NCBI GenBank assembly: GCA_965178125.1
Contig: OZ237762.1
Coordinates: 186,001 to 250,000 of the forward strand
DNA length: 64,000 bases
Direction: 5' to 3'
From: Bilabrum cf. latius
Lineage: Eukaryota
Shown here in pieces: positions 52,663 to 64,000 of the stretch. The translations under genes and the position numbers were made by a program. Every line of letters starts with the position of its first letter. Position 1 is the stretch's first letter. The notes under the pieces were generated by a model. That model saw nothing but the letters and a program-made list of their open reading frames with translations. It did not search any database and was not told the origin of the DNA.

Positions 52663-53613
52663 CGTGCGTCTTGAAGTTCCTAGCCACAATGTCCACCCGC
52701 ACATGCACCGTGCCGCTTCCTGTGGTCACCAGCGAGCCCCTCTCCGCCCGCCTGGAGTACAGGTACGACGTCCTCGCCAGCCGCAGGTTGCCACCAAGAT
52801 AAAAGGCGCTCATTTCCTCTGCGGGGGACCCCACCGGCCTCCAGGTCGCGATCGAGAGGGTGTGCGAGCCGGGGGTCTGCGGCAACTGAGCCACACCGTA
52901 CCCACACAGGTCTAATCTGCCATAGTCGTCAAGCTGCCACACCTCTAGCAAGAGTCGGGGCCAGCCCCGCAAGCTGCCGGCCTGCATGTGCACGTCAATG
53001 GGATGCGCCCACACGGCGTCAGATGTCGTGTCGCCTTGATATGCCGTGTGCGTCTATCCGCCCATGTCGCCTTCGCTTACTTCCCAGCCAGACTCTGCTT
53101 CTAATCCCGCCTCGATCGCCCACTTGCAAGTCACGCCATCCGGAAACCCAGTCCCACCAACGATTTCGCCGGCAATGTGCAGGTGGGGCTGCTGAAATGC
53201 TCGAGAAGCTGCTGCTGCTTCCGCAAGCACGTACTCTGCGACAAAAAAAAATCGCTTCTACATTCACGTACACCTTTGGTTCACCGAACAGCGCGGCCTG
53301 CTCATGATAAACTCAAGTGCAACTCACCCATGGATTCAAGAATATCCTCTCCCCCTGCCGGCTCGAAATTACGAAATTGCAGGGTCCTTCCATACTCAGA
53401 CGTCATTGGTTTCATTGCGCTTGCCGACGACTTGAGGATTCCGGTTCTATCCAGTGCGTCTCTCCGCTTTGGGCTAGAACCTGATCGTTTTATCCCGCTA
53501 GAGCTACGACCTATCCTTCCACTCTCCCTGTCAGATTCCTTGGGCTCAGTTGAGGCCTGAATATGCAAGTGATCTTCAGCACTACGGCTATCCCCACCCG
53601 CGACAGCCGCCAT
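52646..53613 (-). CDS. B9D2: B9 domain-containing protein 2 (ciliary transition zone)
   Basis: LHIAGEIVGGTGF...CKW...G[TAG]TH...WAHPIDVH...GWPRL...EVW...D.YGR..LCGYG...LP..PG.H...TWRP. Intron 53327-53236; TGA stop. The N-terminal extension is less certain. Confidence 0.88.
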
Positions 53614-53767
53614 GGTTGGTAGGGTGTTCCAAGCCGTTGCATGGACGTGAATGTTCCGCACTGCTGATGCGCGGCGACAGTTGTGAAGTTGCGCGCACTT
53701 CCACTTTTTTCGCAGATTGTGAAGAAGTCCCCGTCTGGTGCCAAATCTGCTTTCAAGACTAATAAAT

Positions 53768-54733
53768 ATGGCGGGTAAGTTTTGCGTGGGCCTAATACAT
53801 ATAACGATTGATTTCTGTAACGATATGCCTGGTGGGCGCACCAAATTCTTCGAGATGCCGAGAACGGCCGCACGCTGAAACTCGGAAGGGGAACACGAAG
53901 AACCCCAGGTATTTTGCCTATTCAGCACTCTGTATCACCCTAAGTTCGTTTCTATAGTACCAATAATAATTTGACCCATGTCATGCGCTCTTTCGCAGCT
54001 GTGGATGCTGGTGCGGCGACTCGGGTGTGTGAGTTAGATAGCGAGAGCCCACGGACATTCTACACCGCTTTCCATGCTTTTGAATGCTGATTATGAAATT
54101 TCGACCGGACATTGTATCGAAAGGCCATTTATTACATGTTAACGGAACGCAGACGTGGGAAACTTGTCGTGGGACACCACTGACGAGGGCCTGATGGACC
54201 TCATGGAGACCAAGGGCGCGGTGACTGATTGCAGCATCATGCGCAGGTACGACGGCAAGTCCAAGGGCTGCGCCATCGTGACCTTCGAGTCCGCTGACGG
54301 CGCCGCCGCAGCCATCGAGGGCCTCACTGACACGGAGCTGGACGGCCGCAAGATCTTCGTGCGCGAGGACCGCGAGGCGCCCGGCGCCGCGGCCTCCAAG
54401 CCCCGCAAGGAGCGCGCCCCCCGCAAGGAGCGTGCCCCCCGCCGCGAGCGCGCCCCCCGCGCCGAGCGTGCCCCCCGCGGGGACCGCCTGCCCGGCACCT
54501 CTGTGTACGTGGGCAACCTGTCCTGGGACGTGGACTGGAGGATCCTCAAGGACGCCTTCGCCAAGTACGGGGCCGTGTACTCGAACGTGAAGACGTACGA
54601 GGACGGCCGGTCCAAGGGCTTCGGCATCGTCCGCTTCGAGACCCCGGAGCAGGCCGCCCAGGCCATCTCTGAGATGCACGAGACGGAGCTGGAGGGCCGC
54701 CAGATCCTCGTGCGCGAGGACAGGGATGCTTGA
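53768..54733 (+). CDS. Two-RRM RNA-binding protein (Gbp2/Hrb1-like)
   Basis: Exons 53768-53774, 53999-54028 and 54153-54733 give MAAVDAGAATRVYVGNLSW. RNP1-like SKGCAIVTF and SKGFGIVRF; VREDR ends; TGA stop. Confidence 0.85.
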
Positions 54734-55140
54734 ATCTGAATCTGATCGATTACTTGCGTGCAACCCGGTGACCATGATTGTGGATGTGGCTGTGGGTGTG
54801 GCTAGCAGTAGCAGCAATGAGAGATGGGATTGAGGGGTAGACCATCTCTCTTTCCTCCTGTGCTTAGAAATGATGTGGATGCGTGGCGAGGTGTGGCGGA
54901 GTGGCGAGGCGCGGCGGAGTGAGGCGAGGCGCTCGGATTCAGGCTGGCACTGTTGAACAAAACAAAATCGTGCTCTGCGAACCAAACAAGGAGCCAGGCA
55001 CGTGACAGTTTCACCGGCAGCAGCCAGATTGTTCACCTAGCTCCGAGTTGCCCACAAGTCAAGTGCAACGCTTGGCGGTACATACGGATTATACGGCACC
55101 AGCATGGCACAATTAGATAAACCTGTTACAATTTGTTAAA

Positions 55141-56481
55141 ATGGCCCGAAGTATATGGCAGGTATCTACTGCTTTGCCGCGCGCAGTGGCTGCAAAGTTT
55201 TATCGGCAACTGTGCTCTGGAACTAGTCACAAGTCAGCCAGTATTTATCAAATGCACGTGTCAAACTTGCCTAGAAGTATAACATGGTTCCAGCTAGAAG
55301 CACTAGCGTGGCCAGCTCGCGTTGAGTACGCATGGGTTAGCAAAAGCCCTGTTCCGAGTACATAGCTGGGCTGGGGCATCTTGCGGTTCTCCTCTGCAGA
55401 TGAATACAAACGAGCTCAGCATCACTTGTCCATGACGAAAGTAAATGGATCAATTCTGCATTGTAAGCATGACGATAGGCTCCAGCAGCGCTTTAAGCAT
55501 GCAGCAATGGAGGCGATGCTATCGAGCATGCAGGCCCGGGACGACGGGGACAAGCCGCCCGAGCCTTCCAGGAAGAAAGGACGCTCCAGAGCGCGACGAT
55601 TATTGTCTGGACTTCACGTGCAACGAAGCTCCAGCTATCGCGAAGAAGCTCTGAAGGAGAGCATGGGCGAGGCCGAAGAGGACGACGACGACACTGCCGT
55701 GCAGCCCGGGAGGCAGCTGTGGGACGTCGGGGCGGCGACTGATCCCCATGCCGCAGCACCGTCCTCGTCTCAAGCTGGTGCCCCGGTAGGAGCAGACCCC
55801 ACCGCCCCACTGCACCCCGCAACTGCCCCGCCGTCCAACAAGCCCGGAACCCTTGCCAGTCACTCCCACAGCCGCAAGCAGCAGCAGCAGCAGCAGCTGG
55901 GCCAGCAGCTGGGGATGGAGGCGGGCCGGCGGGCCACGGCGGGTGGTGCTCCCGCCCCCCGCAGATCGAAAAGGCACGGGCCAGGCAGTGTCCACCTGCG
56001 GCCCGGATAGCGACTCCGAATCCATGCCTCCGCTGGCAAGCACTGGCGGGCTGGGTATGCGGTGGAGGGCAAGGGCAGCAAGGCTGGCAGCCGCGCGGCG
56101 CCCTAGGTTCCGCTTCCCGAGCTGCAACACCACGTGGGCGAGTCTGTGCACCTGCCAGAACTGCACTCGTCACACATTGTTGCCTCGGGGGCCGGGCCTG
56201 GCAGTGGCGCAGGGGTCACGGTGGACGTGGAGCGGGGGAGGCCGAGCAAGCAGGCGCTGGTGCGGGCCTTCCAGCTGGCCTGGGGAACACTGCGGTAGGA
56301 GAGGGGTGCCAAGGGAGCTGAATGGAGCGAGGGGGAGTCTGACCGGCTGAAGGAGGAGTTCCTGGCCGCTGTGGAGGAAGGGGGGGCTGCTGCCGGGGTG
56401 CTCGGTGGTGCCAATGCATCCCGCACGATGCGGGCTGGCGACGAGCACTCGGTCAGCGACCGCGACCGGGGCAGGCAATGA
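55141..56481 (+). CDS. RRM-like protein with a possible mitochondrial presequence
   Basis: MHVSNLPRSITW...[TAG]LGWGILRFSS is an RRM pattern split by TAG 55363. Further TAGs at 56008, 56104 and 56296; TGA at 56479. Confidence 0.6.
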
Positions 56482-56644
56482 AAAGAAATGCACAGATTTA
56501 AGAAAGATCCTGATAGTGTGACGTAAATCGGCTTGAGGTGTTTCTCCCCGACAGGCGATGCCTCACATCAGGTCCAGATCGGAGCGAAGGATCCTTTGGC
56601 ACGTGGCGCGAGCTTTCCATTCACATTTGGAAGCGAATTAGGAA

Positions 56645-57379
56645 ATGGCAGCTCTCAACAAGGCTCTCCGTTCACTTTACCGTTCGTCGCTTTCGCTCTC
56701 CCGCCACTCGGCCCGCCGGCCCGTCCCGGGAAGCTCCGCAGTTCAGCAGCTGAGCTCCGCAGCATCCCAATCGTTCGCGCTGCCCGATCTTGATTACGAC
56801 TACGGCGAGCTCGCACCCCACATCGCGCCGCGCATTATGGAAGTGCACCATTCAAAGCACCACCAGACCTACGTTACGAACCTGAACAACGCGATGGAGC
56901 AGTATGAGAAGGCGCAGGCCACGAACGACGTGGCACAAATGGTCGCGCTGCAGAACGCCATCAAGTTCAACGGCGGTGGCCACGTGAACCATACTATCTT
57001 CTGGAAGAATTTGGCCCCCCCTGAGAAGGGTGGAGGCGGTGAGCCCGAAGGCGAGCTCGCCAAGTACATCGAGAGCGAGTTCGGCTCGTTCGATTCTTTC
57101 AAGAGCACATTTGCCGCGAAGACTGCCGCCGTGCAGGGCAGCGGCTGGGGCTGGCTCGGATATGACAGCGGCAAGGACAAGGTCGTCTTCCAGGCGATGG
57201 CGAACTAGGATCCGCTCTCAACGACCGGCCTGGTTCCGCTGCTCGGGGTTGACGTGTGGGAGCACGCCTACTACCTGCAGTACGAGAACCGCCGCCCTGA
57301 CTACCTGAAGGAGATCTGGAGCATCGTGAACTGGGGCGACGTGGCTGCACGCCTGGCAGACGCCAAGAAGGGCAACTGA
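56645..57379 (+). CDS. SOD2: Manganese superoxide dismutase, mitochondrial type
   Basis: [34 protein letters not shown][TAG]DPL and DVWEHAYY. N-terminal transit-like peptide; TGA at 57377. Confidence 0.97.
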
Positions 57380-57712
57380 GCTCCCGGCCTCGACTGCGAT
57401 ATGGCAACCATTGATTTGTGTGTAGCCTAGCCTGAGGGCGCGAGGTAGGCCCAGCCAAGGAACCACATGGGCCCGCGCATGCTCTCTACTAGAGTCGTTG
57501 CTGTCGAAGTGTGTATGCGGCGGCATGACTCGGAGTTCCCAGGTATGCACTGCGAGCCGCAAGTTTCCACTTCGGTCGACCCTGCCAGGGGTGGCCCGTG
57601 ATGGTGCATGCGATCTGGATCTTCCGATCGTGAGCATGTACAGCTGATGAGATCTGCATCATCTACTACATACTTTATGTCCTATCCATGGTTGATTCAT
57701 TCACGTGATCGA

Positions 57713-58555
57713 TCATTCCACCCCGAACGGATCACCTGCATCCTCTGCCCCTTCCCCTTCTTCTCCCTCTCCTTGCTCTTCCTCGGACTCTCCATCATCC
57801 GCGCTATCCCCTGCCGCTGCTTGCGGTCTACTGCCGTACGCCTAGTCATCCCCTTCTACACTACCCCCGGATGGCCCGTACAGACTCGAGCCTTCCTGCT
57901 CTTCCTCTTCCTCCTCCCCCTCCCCCTCGCTCACCCCCAGCACTGCCGCCCGCGACAAGTTGGCCCCGTCCACCCTGCCCCACTGCGAGGCAGGCCCAAA
58001 TGCACCCATTTCACCAAACTTCTCGCCACTACCTATCCGCTAATCAGCATCATCGCCACCGTACAGCCGCCTTAGGCGGGCGAGCGCAACCTCGCGGGAG
58101 GTTGGCGGGAGCAAGTCGCTCGTGTCCAGCATCTCGTCGTACCCCAACATCCTTCCGCGAGTGGCCCTAGCATTCTAAAACCCACCCACAGACAGCATTG
58201 CACCAGCAAACGTAACCATAAGTGATAATACCACTTCTACTATGACCTGCAACGTGATAGGTGTGGGTAGGCGGTAAGCATAAGCTTGTAGTGTTCGAGC
58301 ACAGCATCGGAAGCAGCTCAGCCAGTGCATCTCACGTCAATAGGAGCATCAACTTCAATATCCAGTCCGTATCGCTCCGCTACCAAGTTCTCATCTGCGC
58401 AAATAATTCGAAATGACTTGAAATATACTTCTTTAGGCTGAATTTGCGAGGGAGCCACTCGCACCGAGCATCACTGCCTTACACTGGATGTACGAGACAC
58501 CAGCATGAACCATCAAGGCGATACCCGCGGCAGTTACAAGTCTACCCAACAACAT
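57713..58555 (-). CDS. EMC5/MMgT-like small membrane protein with an acidic tail
   Basis: Three exons: MLLGRLVTAAGIALMVHAGVSYIQ / YENLVAERYGLDIEVDAPID / VIVEVVLSLMVTFAG. Three in-frame TAGs; TGA at 57713. Confidence 0.6.
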
Positions 58556-58678
58556 GCTAGATTTTGCCCAAAGATTTTTACAGCGTAGCAAAGGGTCGAT
58601 CTGATTTTTGCAGGGCGAGCATACGGTAAGGTGCAGTTTCGACAAAATGGCAGTTGTACCATTCGAAGCCACTGCACC

Positions 58679-61600
58679 ATGCAAGACGAATTGGGTGGAT
58701 TCTATGACGAAGCAAATGAAATTCTTGGTGTTAGCAGAGAGGCTCACCGCTCTCATGGGGGCGCCCCAGACGCGGATGCCCAGTTCGCACGGGCAATGCC
58801 ACCTCACCAACGGCAACCGCGACGGGATGTCGCACGTAGGCGAACCGAGCGCCGATCTCCGAGAGCGCGGGGAGTAAATTAGCACTCACACACAGCCTCG
58901 CATCAGCGCACGAGCGTGGCAAGCCGTCCGAAGCATCCCCGCCGGCAGCGAGAGATGACAAGAGCTGAGCGTGCCCGTGCGGCTGCCATTGCAGAGCAGC
59001 GGGTGGTTGCCTCGACGGAGTCGCACATGGCACAGCCAGGTACAGCTCGTAGTTCGTTGCCATCGATACGTGGCAGTGGTTCCTCTGGGGCTGCTCCTCT
59101 AGGTGCCCAGGGCAGCAGCGGCATGGGCTCGCCGAATTCCAGGCGAGCAGCTGCACAGAGTGTCGCGCAGCGAGCACGCCGCCGAGCCTCCGAAATGGAG
59201 GGCAATATTGCAGAATAGCCCGTGTCCGCACGGCGAGGTGAAGCAGGCGCCGCGCCCTCTGATGCTGGAGACGGCGCCTCTAACGCGCAACACCACCCGG
59301 CGGCTGGCGGCGCTCGTCACACTGGCCCCTCCCTCCCTAGCCGCCTGCGCGGGGACGCCACGGTGGAGGAGCGAGCCGACCACGCGCGGCAGCTGGTGGT
59401 TGCCTTGCGGCGGGAGGACCGGGAACGGAAGGCGAGGGCGAGGGCCCGTCTGGAGGCCGAGACCAAAGGGGTGGAGAGGGAGCTGGCCCTGTTCGACGAA
59501 CTGAGACAGGCCAAGGAAGAGCAGGTGAGGGAGGAGAAGGAGAGGCAGAAGCAGGAGAGGAGGGAGAAATTCCTCAAGAAACAGGCAGAAGTGCGGGCCC
59601 GTATCGCGGCCATTGGGGGAGGGGGCAAGGGGGCCTAGGGGACGAGGACCAGGGCAGGCGAAGGGGCTGGCAGGCAAAGGCACGGACCCAGTGGCAGTGG
59701 CAGGGGCAGTGGAGCAGGTGGGCGGAGGCATGGCGGTGGGGTGCGTGGTCAGGGGGGGCGAGGGAATAGGGGGTTCGAGATGGGGGTTGCACCCCCCGGC
59801 ATGGGAGCGGGGGGGATTCACCTGGGGGTGCATGGGGGTCCCACGTCCGGGAGGCACCCCGCTGGTGGCGCCAGGACTAGGGGAATAGGAATGGGAAGGG
59901 CAGGGGCTTCGTCTGGCCGGTCCCGGGGCGGGGTTGCGGGTGCGGGTGGTGTGGCGCGACAAGCCGACGGGTCGTACCTGATTCCTCCCTAGGGTGTGGA
60001 GATGCCCGGCCTGGAGCTCGGGCTCGGGGCTCAGGTGGTGCCTCTGGGGGGGCGGGCCATGACCCCGAGGGAGGCACAGGAGAGGGAGAGGAGGAGGGCG
60101 GCGGACCCGAGGAGCGGGGGCAGCGGGGGCAAGCGGAGAGGGGGTATGGGAGCCGGGGGGAAGGGCACGGGCAGGGGCACGGGCGGTGGGGGTCTGGCGA
60201 GCCCGGGGCGCGGGGGGCACCGGAGGCACGGTTCCGGGGCTGCAGGCAGTGCCAGGAGCAGGGGCAGTGGGAGCTAGAGGCAGAGGCAGCGGGGGCTAGG
60301 GGCCCCGCACCGCAGTCCCCTGCAGTCTCCTGTGGCAGCGGCAGGCAGCCCGGGGTCGGGGTCGAGGATGCACGTGTCGGCCGCGAGGGCCCTCTCGATG
60401 GAGAGTGATGGTCCCCCACCAGGGGGGGAAGGGGTGCGGCCCACTCCCCCCCGCGGCCGTGCCGCTTCTCCCATCCCGAATGCCGGAGGCTCAGCTGGAT
60501 CAGGGGCAGGGGCAGTGGCAGGGGCAGGGGCAGGGGCAGGGGCTTGGGCCGCGAATGCTGTTGATGGCGGGGAGCACACGGGCGATCACGGGCCGCACTC
60601 GTCGTACCCCCACCGGGGCAGGAGACTGCACGCCCATGGGCGGCATCCGCACGATGGTGTGATGAGTGAGGAGCGGCACGCCCGAGGGGAAGAGGGCCAG
60701 TTGAGGTCTGTGAGCCACCCTAGACACGAGCACGATGAGCACCAGGCGCACCCCCCTGATCACCAGTGTGAGCAAGGCGAGGACGAAGCGGGGGAATGGG
60801 AATAGGAAGATTAGGAAACCGCGGGTGTGGATGAGGACGACCCGTACGCCGCCCCCTCCCCCAGAGCATCTGATGCGGCCCCCTCCCCCAGAGCATCTGA
60901 TGCGGCCCCCTCCCCCAGAGCATCTGAAGCGGCGCCTTTACCCAACCAGTCCGATGCCACTGCACCTGCTCCAGTGTCGCGGGCAGAGCGCAGGAGGCTG
61001 CGGCTGGAGGCCATGGAGAGGAGGAGGAAGGAGCAGGAGCGAGAGACCAGGGAACAATCAAATGCATTGCATGACGGTGCAGATGCAGCCGTGGATGCTT
61101 CCATGGAGGGAGAGGGGGAGGGCAAGCTGGACCAGGAGCATGGGCTAGAGCTAGAGAGCGGTCCGGATCCGGACCATGGGCAGCGTGCCAGCTCTCCTCT
61201 GGGGTCTCCTGTCAGGGCACAGGGCAGCGAGGGAGCCTCTAGCCCTGGTAGCAGCAGGGGCAGGGGCAGGAGCACATCACGCGCGTCAGGGGGCGCTCGG
61301 TCGGCAGGGCGGGCGGGACGCGGTGAGGTGGACGTGTCTCCGGTGCGTGTGGAGGAGCTGTCACCCAGACGGAGGGCGGGCCAGGGCACAGGCGCGGGGG
61401 GTGCGGCGGCGGCCGAAGCAGGTCCCTCGCACGGTGCCGATGAGCCGCCGAGATCGTCCTCGCCGGCGGGTCATGATAGGCATGCCAGCGGGGTGTCCAC
61501 AGCGGAGGAGATCGAGGCGCTTGCGGATGCACCATTTGAGGCAGGGGGTCTGTTGGGCGGTGATAGCGATGGAGACGACGAGGAGCTGGAGAACGGAGAT

Positions 61601-63454
61601 GCAAAGGTTAGCGAAGATGGGGACAGCAGGGACAGAGACGGGATCGATGGAAGCGAGGGGCCATTGGCGGCGAATAGCCTAGGTGGTGGTGCCGAGGAAG
61701 AAGGAGAAGAGGAGCCATTGGCGGCGAATAGCCTAGGTGGTGGTGCCGAGGAAGAAGGAGAAGAGGAGCCATTGGCGGCGAATAGCCTAGGTGGTGGTGC
61801 CGAGGAAGAAGGAGAAGAGGAGCCATTGGCGGCGAATAGCCTAGGTGGTGGTGCCGAGGAAGAAGGAGAAAAAGAGCAAGACATGGGGGGTGATGTGGAT
61901 AATGATTCTATCGGGGAGCAGCCTTAGAAGACTGAGGAAATCCCTGACGACTTGGCCAGCCAGAAGGTAGAATCGAAAAGCCCGAGGGAACAAGCTGACG
62001 GACCCGTAAACTCCGCCGCGGATATCGAGGCCTTGATGCAGCAGCCATTCGGGGAGCACATCGATGCTGACGGCGGCACTGCAGACGGCAATCTCGGCTA
62101 TGATAATATTGCTGATGCTGCAGACGAAGCTGAGACTGGTGCTGCAGACGAGACTGGTGCTGCAGACGAGGCTGAGACTGGTGCTGCAGACGAGGCTGAG
62201 ACTGGTGCTGCAGACGAGGCTGAGACTGATGCTGCAGGCGAAGCTGAGAATGATGCTGCAGACGAGACTGGTGCTGCAGACGAGGTTGAGACTGATGCTG
62301 CAGGCGAGGTTGAGACTGGTGCTGCAGACGAGGCTGAGACTGGTGCTGCAGACGAGACTGGTGCTGCAGACGAGGCTGAGACTGGTGCTGCAGACGAGAC
62401 TGGCGATGCAGTCGAGGCTGAGACTGGTGCTGCAGACGAGACTGGTGCTGCAGACGAGGTTGAGACTGATGCTGCAGACGAGGCTGAGACTGGTGCTGCA
62501 GACGAGACTGATGCTGCAGACGAGGTTGAGACTGGTGCTGCAGACGAGGCTGAGACTGGTGCTGCAGACGAGGTTGAGACTGATGCTGCAGGCGAGGTTG
62601 AGACTGGTGCTGCAGACGAGGCTGAGACTGGTGCTGCAGACGAGACTGGTGCTGCAGACGAGGCTGAGACTGGTGCTGCAGACGAGACTGGTGATGCAGT
62701 CGAGGCTGAGACTGGTGCTGCAGACGAGGCTGAGACTGGTGCTGCAGACGAGACTGAGAATGATGGTGCAGACGAGGCTGAGACTGGTGCTGCAGACGAG
62801 GCTGAGACTGGTGCTGCAGACGAGGCTGAGACTGGTGCTGCAGACGAGGCTGAGACTGATGCTGCAGACGAAGCTGAGGCTGATGCTGCAGACTAGACTG
62901 GTGCTGCAGACGAGGCTGAGAATGATGCTGCGGGTGAGGCTGATGCTAGCACTCTGGAGCAAGCAGGTGATGGCACCACCGTGTTGTCCTCATCGGCTGG
63001 GCTGGATCAGCCGTCATTCGTGCTGGCGTCGCAGGGTGCAGGGGACTGTGGTGCATCCCCCGCACACGATGCTGCGGCAGGCGCCTTCAGCCCTGGGGGC
63101 GTCAACGATTCGGTGCTGAGCGGCCCCTTGGACGATTTGGAGAACACAGCGGACCTAGATGGCACAGTGATGCTTGCAGGATCTGTGGTGCTGCCACCGG
63201 GAGCGCTGGCGGGAGCGGGAGCCGGAGCAGGGGCGTCAGCCGGTGAAATGTTGGCTGGTGCTGGGGGATAGGCACCCGTGGGTGGTGGAGAAGAGAGCAG
63301 CCGCCTTCAAGACAGCCAAGCAGGCCATAAGGATGCAGTGCGCGGGCATGAGAGTGCAGATGCACCATCAGGGGGCGGGGAGGATGGCCAAGCGAACGGA
63401 ACTGACGGACACACCGGTGAATTTGAGTAGGACAGTGTCGACGGGGGCAGCTAA
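58679..63454 (+). CDS. Large low-complexity protein (about 1591 aa) with a coiled coil and acidic repeats
   Basis: Nine ORF-track fragments in one frame joined by 11 TAGs; ends TAA at 63452. Confidence 0.65.
61661..61870 (+). repeat. 54-bp coding repeat, about 4 copies (PLAANSLGGGAEEEGEEE)
   Basis: Copies start at 61661, 61715, 61769 and 61823. Confidence 0.9.
62113..62930 (+). repeat. Degenerate 18/24-bp coding minisatellite, AADE(AE)TG
   Basis: Mixed GCTGCAGACGAGGCTGAGACTGGT and GCTGCAGACGAGACTGGT units. Confidence 0.9.
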
Positions 63455-63759
63455 TGCACATGAAATACCTAAGTGACTTTAGACTACGCTGCGTGGTTTT
63501 TGTTCTGTTTTGTGCTTTTCTCCTGCGGCGCCCAAGCCAACACAACTCCCTTGCAGATCGCAAGCACACGCCTGTGACTACGACCATATCGTGAGGTTGC
63601 CGCCACACCCACACACCACCCATCCACTCCATTATTCATCCATCCTCAGGAGTACAGAATCGATTGAACACTCCGCACTCCAACCTTCGCTGAAAGCTTC
63701 GCTAGCGCTGGCAGCAGTAGCAAGCAATCCGCCATCTCCCCAGGGACAGTCCCTGGCGC

Positions 63760-64000
63760 TTACACGCGCTTCACCCTGTACCTGTGAGTCACCTGCACGC
63801 TAGCCTTGCCGCCAGTCGGCCTGGTCAGCACCCATCCGCACTCCTCCTTGGGGCATACAACGATCGCGTTGGCGTGGCTGAACACGGTGGTGATGGTGCC
63901 GCAGTTGCTGCACTCGATGTCCAGGAAGTTCGAGTTGGGAGTCTGAACAAGACGAGCCTTCTTGTGCATGGTCTTCTCATCGGCAGCGCTGGGGTTCAGC
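63760..64000 (-). CDS. RPS27: 40S ribosomal protein S27, 5' end outside the window
   Basis: HKKARLVQTPNSNFLDIEC..C..ITTVFSHA...C...L.RPTGGKA; ends with TAA at 63760-63762. Confidence 0.93.
   Translation of the reverse strand, partial: LNPSAADEKTMHKKARLVQTPNSNFLDIECSNCGTITTVFSHANAIVVCPKEECGWVLTRPTGGKASVQVTHRYRVKRV

Noticed and set aside
57206-57208. Pyrrolysine or programmed site-specific readthrough
   Set aside because: TAGs are numerous, sometimes tandem, occur in varied contexts and fall at conserved Gln positions. No pyl genes are present in the window.
61841-63119. LVCSTSLS and LQTRLRLV repeat ORFs
   Set aside because: These are shadow frames of the acidic AADEAETG coding repeat.
63760-63762. 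Ciliate-type code with both TAA and TAG as Gln
   Set aside because: RPS27 ends at TAA at the expected C-terminal position, and no in-frame TAA was seen inside any gene model.
1-64000. Mass pseudogenisation as the explanation for fragmented ORFs
   Set aside because: Interruptions are exclusively TAG, with no internal TAA/TGA and no small frameshifts, and they include housekeeping genes.

Overview
GC-rich, gene-dense nuclear DNA from a eukaryote. It has GT-AG spliceosomal introns, a ciliary B9D2 gene, RPS27, and F-box, FYVE and C2H2 proteins; the lineage cannot be assigned from this window. The main result is that the organism appears to use a non-standard genetic code in which TAG is a sense codon (almost certainly Gln), while TAA and TGA remain stops. 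About 80 in-frame TAGs (manual count) interrupt otherwise continuous genes, including the invariant Gln of the MnSOD NQD motif and the conserved GQT Gln of B9D2. Read this way, the fragmented ORF track collapses into about 22 complete genes. Other highlights: (i) a head-to-head pair of a FAD-oxidoreductase/CFA-methyltransferase fusion and a DUF1365 gene, resembling the bacterial furan-fatty-acid (Ufa) gene set; (ii) a four-copy tandem array of C2H2 zinc-finger genes with 84-bp minisatellite fingers that vary mainly at DNA-contact positions, co-amplified with the 3' half of the CFA gene; (iii) several near-perfect tandem expansions of ordinary coding DNA (64 bp x24, frameshifting; 60 bp x30, in frame; 35 bp x7). 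Gene models and homology calls were made by eye, with no database searches.
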